Shown here piece by piece: positions 48,845 to 61,889 of a stretch of DNA of 64,000 nucleotides (position 1 is its first letter; each line of letters starts with the position of its first letter). Source of the stretch: Mobula hypostoma (lineage: Eukaryota). Location: assembly GCF_963921235.1 (NCBI RefSeq), contig NC_086097.1, positions 132,806,001 through 132,870,000 of the forward strand, given 5' to 3'. A program made the position numbers and the translations under genes. The notes under the pieces were generated by a model. That model had not been told where the DNA came from. It did not search any database and saw only the letters and a program-made list of their open reading frames with translations.

Positions 48845-49135
48845 GATGAAACATAGAAACATAGAAAACCTACAGAACAATACAGGCCCTTCAGTCCACA
48901 ATGCTGTGCTGAACATGTACTTACCTTAGAAATTACCTAGGGTTACCCATAGCCCTCTATCTTTCTAAACTCCATATACCTATCCAGAAGCCTCATAAAA
49001 GACCCTATTGTATCCACCTCCACCACAGTCGCTGGCAGCCCATTCCACGCACTCACCACTCTCTGTATAAAAAACTTACCCCTAATATCTCCTCTGTATC
49101 TACTTCCAAACACCTTAAAACTGTGCCTTCTCATA
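48845..49135 (-). mobile_element. CR1 3' end
   Basis: RGKFFIQRVVSAWNGLP and a (CATAGAAA)n tail. Confidence 0.85.
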
Positions 49136-49779
49136 TGATACCTATCAGCTACCCAAAGCCTCACAAACCAACTGGAGCCGCATGTCATATGCAGTGGATG
49201 AATCCCCTTTCTCCAGCTCTTACCTCATTGAATTGAGGCATAAGTTTAATTATAGATATAATTTGGATTTCAGTCATCCAGTTGTCAGTCAAATGTGAAA
49301 TAGTGACACAGAAATTCTACTGAGCCACTAAGTTCAATAGACACACAACACCCATTTCATATCACTCAATGGTGTTAGAGCATGTGCATGCACAGCAAAG
49401 ACCTCAATCAGGAACAAAAGCCCCAACAGAAGGTTGCAAGCTTGGCTGAATGCTCTTTAAATGGTCAGACCTTATCTGTGTCGTTGGTGTGAAGTTTTCT
49501 GCAGAAATCTACGTTGAATTTTCCTCAGTCGACCAGATTTCTCAGTGTTTTGCATTCAGATTAAATTCTTTAGGAGGAGACATTATCACTGGCACCAAGC
49601 ACTCTGATGCTTTCTCAAGATTCTCACCTTCGTGGCTATATTGTTTAGTTGTGTTGAGTCAAAGCACTCTTTTATATACTCTAAGACTGCCTGACACTGC
49701 CCCGTTACCTCTACCGCTGATTCCTGCTGAGAGAAGGTGCGTTATGAGCTGCAGTCAAAATGCCTAGTCTGAATCAACC

Positions 49780-50150
49780 TGACCACAATCTCTCTGAAAC
49801 CATTCCAAGTACGGGTATTCTTAGTACAGCCAATCTAAATCCAAACCAAACACAACCAAACCAGATCTAACCCAACTGCAGCCAATCCAAAACCAAGCCA
49901 ACTATGGTCAATCTGAACCTGATGCCACCAAATCTGTGCAGACCACAGTAAATCCCAATTAGGTCCAACCAAAGCTAATCCAAAGCAAACTCACAAGAGC
50001 CAATCTCTTTCTGACCCAATCGCACAGAACCACAGCCAAAGTGGAGCTGGCCTGAAGATGGCAAATTCTAATCTGCATTTGATCCAACTATAGACAATTC
50101 AAACTCAATTTTACACACAGCAATTCAGAACCAAAGAACACACAATCTTT
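49780..50150 (+). repeat. Decayed pentamer-periodic C/A-rich low-complexity repeat (CCAAA/CCAAT-like)
   Basis: ATCCAAACCAAACACAACCAAACCAGATCTAACCCAAC..., with strong G depletion on the plus strand. Confidence 0.6.
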
Positions 50151-51469
50151 TTTTGATACCTGCCAACAAACCCAGCATGCATCATTGGATCCATCGGGCT
50201 TGGATTGGGCAACCAAGCTCAAGGTATATCTTGGGTACACCAGTCAATAAATTTAACTTCATTTCACAATTCTGCAGCGAACCCAAGTTTCCGTCCCCAG
50301 TAGGCTGAACTTTTTGAAAATCCACTCACACCTCGTCAACCTTATCACTCTTTTTAATTATTTGCTTGCTTAGCTTGCCTTGTGTAATTTTAATTACTTT
50401 ACCTGCTTTTCTCCCTCTCTCTGAGGTCTATTGTCAACATTTCTTTTCCCGTAATGCTTCCCTGCACACCTGAGTCATTGCTGGCTTTATATTTTCCCCT
50501 GCCTCCCAATGTATATTTTGTGACTGAAAGGCCATAAAGTCTGTCAGTTTACTGACTGATTCACCAATCAAAACGCATTGGTCTGTGTGACAAGTCAAAG
50601 TGAAACAGATGTTTGTGGTGTCCATGGAAAATTAAAACTAATGACAACTTCTTACAGCCTACTCTCAAAACACATTTAATTGATGCATCTGATATGATAC
50701 ATTCTCTCAAAGTAATAAAGCAAGCTTGCTGATCAAATAAAAAGATCTGCTGGAAATCTCAAATAAAAACAGAACATGCTGAAGACATTCAGCAGGTCAG
50801 AGAGGATCTGTGGGAAAACAATAGAGTAAATGTTTACTGTCCAAGACTCTTCGTCAGAACGTTTAAAGTCAAGACTCATAAGGAGATATAAAACAAGATC
50901 AGCTGAAGCTTGTTCAAAGGTTTATGCTTTAAGAAACATTATAAATGAGGTGATAGTCCGCAAGGCAAAGAAGGCATACCGGCAACTCTACTTTATATGT
51001 TACCAAAGATTTTTACACAACTCTATCGATGCATGTTAACAGGTTGTATCACTAACTGGTATGGAGTTACCAACGCATAGAATCACAAGGGGCTGTAGAG
51101 TGTTATAGAATCAGCAAATCTGCATGCCCTATCACTGACATACTCATCTACCACTGTGGTGATTCTGTGGAGGTAGTGTCTCAGAAGACAGTGTCTGTCA
51201 CTAAGGAAACTCATCATGTGGGACATTTCCTTTTCTTGTTACTACCAATGGGAGGAGCTGTAGAATCCTGAAGACCTACATGCAGTGATTCAGAAACAGT
51301 TTCTTCACCTCAGCCATCAGATTTCAGAACAGTTCATAAACCCACGAAACATATCTCACCGGTTTTTTTTTCAGTGTTTGTTTATTTTTTTACACCTTTG
51401 CAATACACTGCTGTTACAAAACAAGTATCAATTGTGGTGGGTTTTGGTTTGCTAACCACAAAGTTCTAA

Positions 51470-51845
51470 ACTCAAACTAAAACTTTAATAGTCATACTTT
51501 ATTGATCCTGGGGGAAATTGGTTTTCGTTGCAGTCACACCATAAATAATAAATAGTAATTGAGCCATAAATAGTTAAATAGTAATATGTAAATTATGCCA
51601 GTAAATTACGAAATAAATCCAGGACCAGCCTATCAACTCAGGGTGTCTGACCCTCCAAGGGAGGAGTTGTAAAGTTTGATGGCCACAGGCAGGAATGACT
51701 TCCTATGACGCTCTGTGCTGCATCTCGGAGGAATGAGCCTCTGGCTAAATGTACTCCTGTGCCCACCCAGTACATTATGTACTGGATGGAAGACATTGAC
51801 CAAGATGGCATGCAACTTAGACAGCATCCTCTTTTCAGACACCAC
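51470..51845 (-). mobile_element. Young Rex1-type 3' end
   Basis: RMLSKLHAIL.NV.HP.H..L..HRSTFSQRLIPPRCSTERHRKSFLPVAIKLYNSS with tail. Confidence 0.85.
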
Positions 51846-53777
51846 AGTGGATATAAGTGGCCATGAGTATTCTCACTAAAGCGAGCTTATACTGTAACTA
51901 CCCAGCCTTCAAAGACAAGGTTACTTCCCTGTTTATTCTCCATGGTGAGATTAACTACTAATACCCACTATTTGAGAAATTGGTTCCCAAAGAGAAGATA
52001 CTTCCAGTGAACAAAGTGGTTTAAACACTGTTCATTTATTTACAGTGATACACGTTTAAGTCCAAACAACACTTTTAAAACACATTTAAAACTCACAGAG
52101 GATATCTGTCTTAAATATTTCCATATTTTCAGAGGATGTCTGTCTTGTCTTGAATTATTGAATCATTATATTGAACATTGAAACATTATAAAACATTTTC
52201 AAATTACAAACGATTCCTAAAACACATGCCATTTCTTAAACATAAAGCACAAAGCATTAAGGATTTCTTAAACTCAATAAACTCATTAAGCACAGGTATA
52301 ATTCCTATAAACTAAAATGACATACCAGCAATTTGCAGACAAATAAATTGTCCATCACAAAAAACAAAGCTGGAGGAATGGATTCTCACTCATGCTCTGT
52401 TTCTTCATTGTTTCTTCTTGAAATTCCTTACCTCAGTGCTAATAAGCCCAAATTGCTCTCTGTGTTTATACACTTTTTCTACCTCTTGAGTGACTTCGCA
52501 GATAGTCTAAAATCATTTTTGGAGACTTAGAGCATAGCAAAGGCTGTAAAGCTAACTTCCTTGAGCATATAAAACTTCCAAATAAAACACGTTAGTTATT
52601 GATATGCTAAATGATATTATCCATTTGTTCTGCAAGCTTCCTTGAACTAAGCAATTTAAGAGTCAGCTTGTCTGTTCAAAACAACTCAAATTAAACAACC
52701 CATTGACTTATACGGACCTCTTGAACAACAATAAAGCAGGTGTAGTCAGCTAACATTTGCTTTCCCAGAGAGAGGGTGTTTTCAAAATACAGAGATTGTT
52801 TGCAAATCTGTGTTTTTTTTACTTCAAAATGATTGCTGGTTTCCATTTACATGATGAGAAGGCAGGTGTAAGGGGTTGAGTGTGATCTGGGATCAGCTAT
52901 GATGGAATGGCGGAACAGACTTGATGGGCTGAATGGCCTAATTGTGCTCCTATGTCTTATGGTCTGATGGTCTTCATTTTAAGAGCTGAAGACTGACTTC
53001 CATTTACGACCAGAAATGTTTAAAAAGCTGTGAGTTAGAAGTTCACTTGCACATTTGTAATTTTCCAAATGGCAGCTGTTATTTAGAAAGCAGCGTTAGC
53101 AGAAAAAAGCATGAAGTAATTATCCATCACGCATTATAACATCAGAGAAGTTAGTGATGATATATCTTATTCTGAGCTTGATTTCAGTTTCAGAAGAGAA
53201 TTCCAGAGCTTTCATTTTTTGGGTTTATTGGAAGTTTCAATAGGAACAGATCCTTTGGATTAAGTCTCCATCCTGGATTCCTGTAACAAACAGGTAATGA
53301 ACAATCGTAGATGAATTTACATGTAACAGTCTTCAATAATGAAGAATAACAGACAAATGTTAACCAACTCCCTCCATCCCCAGTAAATCCCATAAAGACT
53401 AGATTGGTTGCAGAGTGAAATAAATAGATTGTTATTAGTCCAGTGTATACAGAGATATTCTCTAAAGTTTTACAAATTGGACAAGAGACAGCAATAACCA
53501 CAATTTATTTCCATGAGTGTTTCTACTCAGTTAAAACACTTCACATGGCATAATCAAAGAAAACTTCACTCTGCACTGCTTACACAGAAGTTAAGGCAAG
53601 TGATCAAAAGCTAAAAGCAAAGAGATTAAGTTTATGGCGCTCTTAAAAAAGGAAAGCGAAATGGCAAGACAAAAGCACAAACATGAGGAAATCTGCAGAT
53701 GCTGGAATTTCAAGCAACACACATAAAAGTTGCTGGGGGAGTGCAGCAGGCCAGGCAGCCTCTCTAGGAAGAGGTAC

Positions 53778-53813
53778 AGTCGACGTTTCGGGCCGAGACC
53801 CTTCGTCAGGACC
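53778..53813 (-). ncRNA. Minimal type I hammerhead ribozyme, canonical core
   Basis: Minus strand reads ggtc-CTGACGA-a-ggg tctcgg ccc-GAAA-C-GTC-gact: GUC cleavage triplet and palindromic ACGT stem III. Confidence 0.8.
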
Positions 53814-53885
53814 CTCCTGTCTTCTCCTATCATTTCGGATCTCCCCCTCCCACTTTCAAATCTTTTACTAGCTCTTCTTTCAGTT

Positions 53886-53921
53886 AGTCCTGACGAAGGG
53901 TCTCGGCCCGAAATGTCGACT
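53886..53921 (+). ncRNA. Minimal type I hammerhead ribozyme motif (second copy)
   Basis: agtc-CTGACGA-a-ggg tctcgg ccc-GAAA-T-GTC-gact. Confidence 0.75.
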
Positions 53922-54349
53922 GTTCCTCTTCCTAGAGATGCTGCCTGGCCTGCTGCATTCCCCCAGCAACTTTTATGTGTGTGGCAAGACAAAAGGATGT
54001 CTTAGGGAGGAAATTCTGGAACCTAGCCCTTGCCAGCTGTAGGTATGCTGCTGACGTTGGAATGGTTAAAACTGAGATTGATTGTGAGGTTAGCAGTGGA
54101 GGAGATCTCAAAATGTTGGAGGCTGGAAGAAATTGGAGAGATGGGGAGCTAATTGTAGACAGGCCACAGTCTGACCAAAATAGCAGGAAGCCTCAAGAGG
54201 TCAAATAACATACCACATGCTTTAGGTCCATTTCTCCCTAAGAGTTCCCATAAGGAGATTCCCAACAGGAATTAATTTGGGGAGAAAATAATGCAATTGA
54301 AACAAATAGGATATAAATGGCAAAAAAACAAAGAACCAACCAGTTGCCC

Positions 54350-55735
54350 TCCTCAGTGTTTAGCCATGGGCACCTGCATGGGCCCCAGCTATGCCTGCCT
54401 TTTTGTTGGCAATGTCGAATAATTCACGTTCAAAGCCTTCCCTGGTAATGCTCCCCACTCATCCTGCGCTACATTGACATTTGTATTGGTGCTGCTTCAT
54501 ATACCCACAGTGAGCTCAACAATTTCATCAACTTTGCCTCCAACTTCTACCCTGCCCTTAAATTCACTAGGTCCTTTTCTGACACCTCTCTTCCATTTCT
54601 TGATCTCTCTGTCTCCATTTCTGGAAACAAACTGTCTACTGACATCTTTTATAATACTACCAATTCCCACCTTGACTATACATCTTCTTAACCATGTGTA
54701 AAAATGCTATTCCTTTTTCTCAGTTCATTTATCTCTGCTATATCTGTTCCCAGGATGAGCCTTTCCTTTCCAGGCCTCCAAGAACATGGTTTCCTTTCCT
54801 CCACCATTGATGCTGCCCCCACCCGCACTTCCTCCATTTCTTGAACATCTGCTCTCACCCCATCTTCCCGACGCCTTAAGAGTAACAGAGTTCCTCTTGT
54901 CCTTATTACCATGCTATGAGCCTCCGCGTCCTTTTCTGCAACTTCCGCCATCTTCAGTGGGACCCTATCACCAAACACATCTTCAACTCCCCCCCCACCT
55001 CCAACTCTCTGCTTTCATCCATTCATCTCCCACCCCACTGATCTCTATCCTGGCACATATAACTGCAAGCAACATAAATGCTACATCTGTCCATTCACAT
55101 CCTCCCTTACCTCCACTCAGGGCCACAAGCAGTCTTTCCAGGTGAGACAACACTTCACTTGCAAATTTTTTGAGGTCGTCTATCGTAGCTGGTTCCCCCA
55201 ATGTGGCCTCCTCTACATTGGTGAGACACGACATAAATTAGGGACCACATTGTTGAACACCTCCGTTCCATCCATCAAAAGCGATATTTCCCAGTGGCCA
55301 ACCTTTAATTCCTATCCCCATTCCCGTTCCAACATTTCAATCATCACCTCTTCTTTTGCCATGACGAGGCTTCTCTGATGGCATAAATATAGATTTCTCG
55401 TTCTGGTAATTGTTTTCCCTCCCCTTCCTACTTCTATTCCCACACAGGCTTCTCACCTCTCTCTTCACCCACCTATCACCTCTCTCTCTTTCACCCATGG
55501 ACCACTCTCCTCTCCTACCATATTCCTTCTTCTCCTGCCCTTTACCATTCTAACCAACCTGGCTTCATCAATCACCTTCTAGCTAGTCCTCCTTCCCTTC
55601 ATCCCACCTTTTTATTCTGCCATCTTCCCCTTCCAGTCCTGAAAAAGCGTCTCAGCCTGAAATGTCAACTGTTCATTCATTTCCACTGATGCTGCCTGAC
55701 CTGTTGATTTCCTTCAGCATTTGGTGTGTGTTGCA
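54350..55735 (+). mobile_element. Degenerate Penelope-like element (RT + GIY-YIG + terminus)
   Basis: AMGTCMGPSYACLFVG and RYID RT motifs. QHFTC...CGLLYIGETR. Decayed hammerhead at ~55635-55670. Confidence 0.88.
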
Positions 55736-56721
55736 AAGAACAAAGATATCCACAAAAACAATGGAACTCTTTCTTTTGATGCTATATCTCTTTCTACAGA
55801 CGCTGCTTGACCCTTACTGTTTTCTGAGATTTTTAACCCGCAATGATAGCTAACATTTGAGTTCTCTGCCATTTTCTCAATCTCTGGACAATCTTTCACT
55901 GTTAAATGAGATATCTCTCAGGTAAATAATATCTTCTTTCCATTCAGTGTTGGATTAATCTCACTATGACTTTTGATCAAAATTGAGATACATCTGTATC
56001 AGAACTATGGACATTAGTGATGGCCCTTGGACACTCTACCATGACATGCTCTGCATAAGTGAGAACCTGGCACTACCACAAACAGCATGTTAATATGCAG
56101 CAGAGCACTGTGATCTGATACCACTCTGGTTACACATTGTTCCCTGGCCAGCATTTGAAATTTCAAAAGATCTTCTGGATCCATGCACTCAATCCCTATC
56201 CAGGCCTTTGAAACTCACAAGGGGTCATAAATAAGTACCTTGTGTTAGACCTGAAGTAATAGCTCCCTCGCTTTGATCTCTTAATGTCAAATCATTCATA
56301 GCATATGGATATATCATACATTTTTTGTCCATCTCTAATTGTTTCTGAATTTACATGAGAGTCAAGGGTTAAAGGGGTGGCATATTTCTTTCAGTTAATG
56401 AATTGGAAGGGATTTCAACATGATCTAGTACTTTCAAAGCAATTTATATTGAATCTAGCTTTTATATTTAAATTTCAGATTTAGTTAATTGCTTCAATGT
56501 AATTGAATAAGGACTTCAAACCCATGTCTCTGCATGAGTGGACTGGAACTCTGGCTCTCAGCCCAATCATTTAACCATTACAATGCTGGATATATTGGGG
56601 ATGTCCTTACTATTTATTTGCACATTGATTGTCCACATCTACCATCACTTCTGTGGGTGTGACCTTCTTTAATTTGTTCTCTCTTATTTCAGATTTCCAG
56701 TACTTTTGTAGTCTCAGTTAA

Positions 56722-57945
56722 CCTTAAGAACATAACAAATAGGAGAAGGAGTAGGCCATCTGGCCTGTCGAGCCTGCTCTGTCATTTTATAAGATCATGG
56801 ATGATCTGGCCATAGACTAATCTCTACCTGCCTGCCTTTTCCCCATAACCCTTAATTCCCCTACTATGCAGAAATTCATCCAACCTTATCTTAAATATAT
56901 TTACTGAGGTAGCCTCCACTGCTTCATTGGGCAGAGTATTCCACAGGTTCACCATTCTCTGGGAAAAACAGTTCTTCCACATCTCCGTCCTAAATCTACT
57001 CCCCCGAATCTTGAGGCTATGTTGCCTGGTTCTAGTTTCACTGCAAGTGGAAACAACTTTCCTACTTCTACCTTATCGATCCATTTCAAAATTCTTTATG
57101 TTTCTATGAGATCTTCTCTCATCCTTCTGAATTCCAGTGAGTACAGTCCCAAGCGACTCAATCTCTCCTCATAGTCTAAACCCCTCATCTCTGCAATCAA
57201 CCTGATGAACCTCCTCTGCACCACCTCCAAAGCCAGTATATCCTCCTTCAAGTAAGGAGACCAGAACTGCATGCAGTACTCCAGGTGCGGCCTCACCAGT
57301 ACCCTGTACGGTTGCAGCTTAACCTCCCTGCTGTTAAATTCAATCCCTCCAGCAATGAAGGCCACATTCTATTTACCTTCTTGATAGCCTGTTGCACCTG
57401 CAAACCAAACTTTTGTGATTCATGCACAAGCACTCGCAAGTCCTCTGCACAGCAGCATGCTGCAATTTTTTACCAGTTAAATAATAACCTGCTCTTTCAC
57501 CTTCCTTCAAAAGTCGATGACCTCACATTTACCAACATTGTACTCCATCTGCCAGACACTTGCCCACTCACTTAACCTATCTTTATCTCTCTGCAGGCTC
57601 TCCGTATCTTCTGCACAATTTGCTTATCCACTCAATTTAGTATCATCAGTAAACGTAGATACACCACTCTCAGTCCCTTCTCCCAGATCGTGAATGTGTA
57701 TCATGAACAGTTTGCCGGAACAGCATCGACCCACACGGCACACCGCTCATCACTGATTGCTCACCAGAGTAACACCCATGAAACTCAGCTCTCTGCTTTC
57801 TATTAGTTAACCAATCATCTATACACGCTCATACCTCACCCACAACTCTATGCATCCTTATCTAATGGATAAGTCGTTTATGCAACATTTTATCGAACGT
57901 CTTCTGGAAAACCATGTAAATAATGTCCATCTGTTCCCCTCTATC
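56722..57945 (-). mobile_element. CR1 3' part, same subfamily as 1279-2490
   Basis: Colinear and highly similar to 1280-2490. MAFIAGGIEFNSREV...VRPHLEYC. Confidence 0.92.
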
Positions 57946-58159
57946 ATGCTCTTTTCTTCAATTTCTCTACTCCCTCCTCCTTCCCCTTATGTTTAAAACT
58001 CGTTCTTCATTCCATCCTTCACTTTTGCTCTCTGTTCCCCTCTCCCCTTTTTGTACATCCCAAACTAGAACATGTTACAGGGGCAGGCCCTTCAGTCCAT
58101 AAAGTTGTACTGTCATAATTGCATCCCGAACTAAACTAGTACCTAATCCACATGCACCC

Positions 58160-59500
58160 AGTGAGGAAGGCAGACTCTGGTGGGACAGCACCTATTTCAC
58201 TGGGGGCTTCCCAGCTTAAGGCAGGAGGTAACTGTCTAGTGAGATCTAAGAATTTCTTCCACCATTGGAAGCAACCCTTGCCGCCACATTCTACGAAATT
58301 TGAGCATAGTGGCTTATAACTGGTAACCGCTGCTTCTTGAATTGTGTCAATGCCAGAGTGTCCTCTCTTGAATTGTGTCAACACTACAAGGTGAAGTCGA
58401 TACTCAAGATAATTCACAAGCCAGGGCAGTACAGTAGGCAGACCAAGCATTTTGCAGGCTCCCCCTCTCCAAGCAGCTGATGAATCCAAAGGAACACCAC
58501 AGACCAATGCAGTTTGGCACCAGTAATGTTGAACTCAACATAAGGCTGCCTTAGGGACTCCAGCACTTTACTAAGCTCCAGACTTTGCTCCTGAAGCCTT
58601 CCCCATGAGTGGGTATGGCCACAAGACAGCAGGGGTTTGAGATCAGAGTTTTCTTTCTCATAGAGAAGTTACCAACCATGACTGATGAACCCCATCTGCC
58701 TGAAGCGACTGGTTTTAAGGCACCAGTAACCCACCTTTTCCCCTTCTCCAGCATGTAGAAACTGTTCCACCGGGCCTAGTAGCAAAGTCACATGGGAAGG
58801 CCAGGAGCTGGACACTGTTATCAGAGGCTATTGAGACACTAGCCATTGGGAGTATTTGGGAGTAGGAGCTTATCACCCTGGCTCTCACAACCTTAAGGAA
58901 TCTTACCACACGAGTCTGGGAGAACTCCAAACTCTCAGTCAAATCAAATGTGGGAATGTGCAATGCTTGTGTCACCAGCACACCGCTGTAAAGGCAATGA
59001 GACCTGGGCAACAGACGCTAGTAGGGAGTAGGTACAGCACATTCCTTCGTCACATTTCAGGCATCTTCTGGAGAGACAGTATAGCCAAAGCCGAGGTTCT
59101 CTCTTATGCTGACCTCCCTAGTGTGTACACCCTGCTCAGGCAGCATAGGCTGCGCTGGCTACCCGCAACTGCGCTACAAGGATGTCTGTAAGTGGGATGG
59201 GAAGGCACTGGAAATACTAATTGTGTCTTGGGAGGAACTTGCAGCTGACCACACCAGGTGAAGAAGCACCCTGAAATAACACCTTAAGTCAGACAAGGAA
59301 ATATTCCTGAAAGCAGCAGAAGACAAACGGGCTCTAGAAAGGAACATTGCATCTCCAGTAGAGTTGAGACCACTTATAAATGCGACTTTTGCAACAGAGA
59401 CTGCCATTCTCACATTTGTTTCATCAGCTGCAGAAAGCGCTGCACCAACAACATAGATAGCTAGGGCCCAACGTCCATGATTGATCTAGACCAATGGAGA
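58160..59500 (+). mobile_element. Internally deleted RTE/BovB-like element containing an antisense bipartite RTE-derived SINE (~58410-58900)
   Basis: FLRHISGIFWRDSIAKAEVL..ADLPSVYTLLRQHRLRWL and the C-terminal zinc finger CDFCNRDCHSHI. The minus-strand insert has an RTE-type 5' motif (GAGAAAGAAAACTCTGATCTCAAACC). Confidence 0.65.
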
Positions 59501-61889
59501 GCCACACACTCTGACTAAACTAATTGCTTCTGCCTTCATAATGTGCATATCCCTCCATTCTCTGTCTATTCATGTGCCTATCTAAGAGCTTCCTAAAAGC
59601 TTCTGTTATACTGTATGTGTCTCCATTATTTCAAGCACCATACTCGCTGTGTAAAATAAACACTCCTTCAAACCTTAAATGCATGTCCTCTAGTACTAGA
59701 CATTTCAACCCTGGAAAAATAATTCTGGCTATCTAGCCTAGCTATACCATCATAAATTATGAACTTCTTTCAGGTCTCCCCTCAGCTTCCACTGCTCCAG
59801 TGAAAAAACTTAAGTTCATCCTTATAACCCTCCTTGTAATACCCTTTATAAAATCCATTTAACTTCTGGATTAATGTTCTGCATTTCTTTAACCTCAGAG
59901 GTCTCCAACCTGAATTCTGTTTCTGCTTCTGAAGATGCTCCCTGAATCATACAATATTAGACATCTGTTGTTATTGCTACAGACTATTTTACAGTCTTTT
60001 ATAATCTGTTGATAGCTCCAACAAGTCACTCAATTATCATGACTATCCTTAAAGAGAATCTATACTGTGATTAACACTTGAAGAGTTTGGTCTTTTTCTA
60101 TGAAGCTGAAAATAAGATCTTATAACACATGAAATGTCCTTGGCAAATTGTCAGTCAGATTATAGTTTCCTTTTGAAATGTGCTATTCCAGATTCAAGCC
60201 TGACTTGAAAGAATATCTCTATTGACTAGTGAATAATGCACCTGCTGTGACAGATAAAATAATATCACATCAGGCAACAGCTTTGGGAACAGGCAGATGA
60301 CTCATTTACAGAACTGTAGCACACTTTTGCAAAAGTCACAAGGAAAGAAGAGATTGTTTTTTACTATCCCTGCCATTCCAACAACAACTTGCAGCAACCA
60401 AATGTGATGAGGTGTGGTAAATGTTTGGGGATGAGGATTAAAGATTACAGATTAGCTTTATTTGTCATATGTACAGAGAAATGGGTGACTTGCATCAAAT
60501 GAAATCAGCGAGCATTGTGTTGGACAACCCACAAGTATAACCACAATTCCAGCACCAACATAGCAGAGCACAACTCATTAACCCTAAATGTGTGTCTTTG
60601 GGATTAAAACAGTTCTGTTGATTCCTGTCTGAAGAAATATTAAAATATCCTTTCACTTCACCTTAAAACCCCTCTGTACCAAGATTTTATCTAATAATGT
60701 TTTATCCCAAGGAAGAGTCAAAGAAATTATTGATTCTCACCTTCACTGAAATAATACCAAAATGACTGGAAAAGTAGGAAGGTTGGCAATGCAGCAATCA
60801 ACATTCATCTATTAAGTCTATAAGTTTCCAAGGCAACACTGTTAAATACCAGCAGTGAGTTGGACATCCACTCCAATGTGTTGTCTTCCCATTTGTATTC
60901 AACTATATAATGATAAGACAGGTAATGAGCACTTCCACCTGTCAAATTATTTAACCGATCAAATTATTCCTACATATTATGACGCAGGTTTGTGTTAGTT
61001 TCCAAAAATCTCATCAATGCCATTGGCCCCTCCTTAGTTCCTTGTATCCCTGTACAATCATACACCCAACAATAACCCTATACTGTGTTATTGCCTTGTC
61101 TATTGTATCGGTGATATCAAAATCTAGAGTGCATGAACCCCCAGGCTCAAGTACAGCTTGTAATCCACCTTTATTAGACTCTTGAACAGAACTCTCACAC
61201 ATTAAAACTCTCCTGATCTACCACATCATGCCACTAGCACTTTACTTAATGACCTACACTGTATGATCTCGGGAACTGTAACACTATTTTCTGCATTCTG
61301 TTTTCTTTTGATTAGTTCAATACAATTATGTATGGTATGATCTGTCTAGATGACAGACAAAAACAGAAGCATTACATTGTATCTCGCTACATGTGACAAT
61401 AATAAACTTATTCCAATTACCAATCCTTGAATTGATTATAAATCATGTTGTTTTCTTTTGTATAGTCCTTTTCTGATTAAAATCACATTAGAAAATCAGA
61501 CAACCAAATAGTTGATTTTCCTACCAAAATTTACCCCTATTTTGTTCCAGAGGGAAGGGAAAAACAGAAACATTTCTGTGTTTTGGAAATCTCAACACGG
61601 TGGACTACTGCTAGGTGTGGGTAGTGTAAGCAGGGCACTTTTCCCACATTGAGATCGGTAATACAAGTGCACTAGCCAGATCAACTGACTGCTGGGCTGC
61701 TAGTCAGCTTAAACAGGGCCCAAGGTAATCATAGGTCAAACTATTCGACCTGTGTGATTGCGATGTGAATGAGAAGATGAAAGGTCCAAACTTCACCTGC
61801 TGCGCAAGCCCTGTGTTAGCTAAGTGTGGCAAATGCATTCTCTTACCAGACCAGTCAGTGCCTCTAGCAGGACCATTGATGTGCAAATC

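Larger units (their letters stand above)
53676..53981. mobile_element. Young Penelope-derived fold-back insertion (306 bp) with perfect 14-bp TSD
   Basis: TSD TGGCAAGACAAAAG at 53662-53675 and 53982-53995. About 95-bp inverted arms nearly identical to 46418-46520. Confidence 0.92.

Noticed and set aside
51433..52850. Possible LTR interrupted by Rex1
   Set aside because: TG...CA candidates exist but I found no matching TSD.
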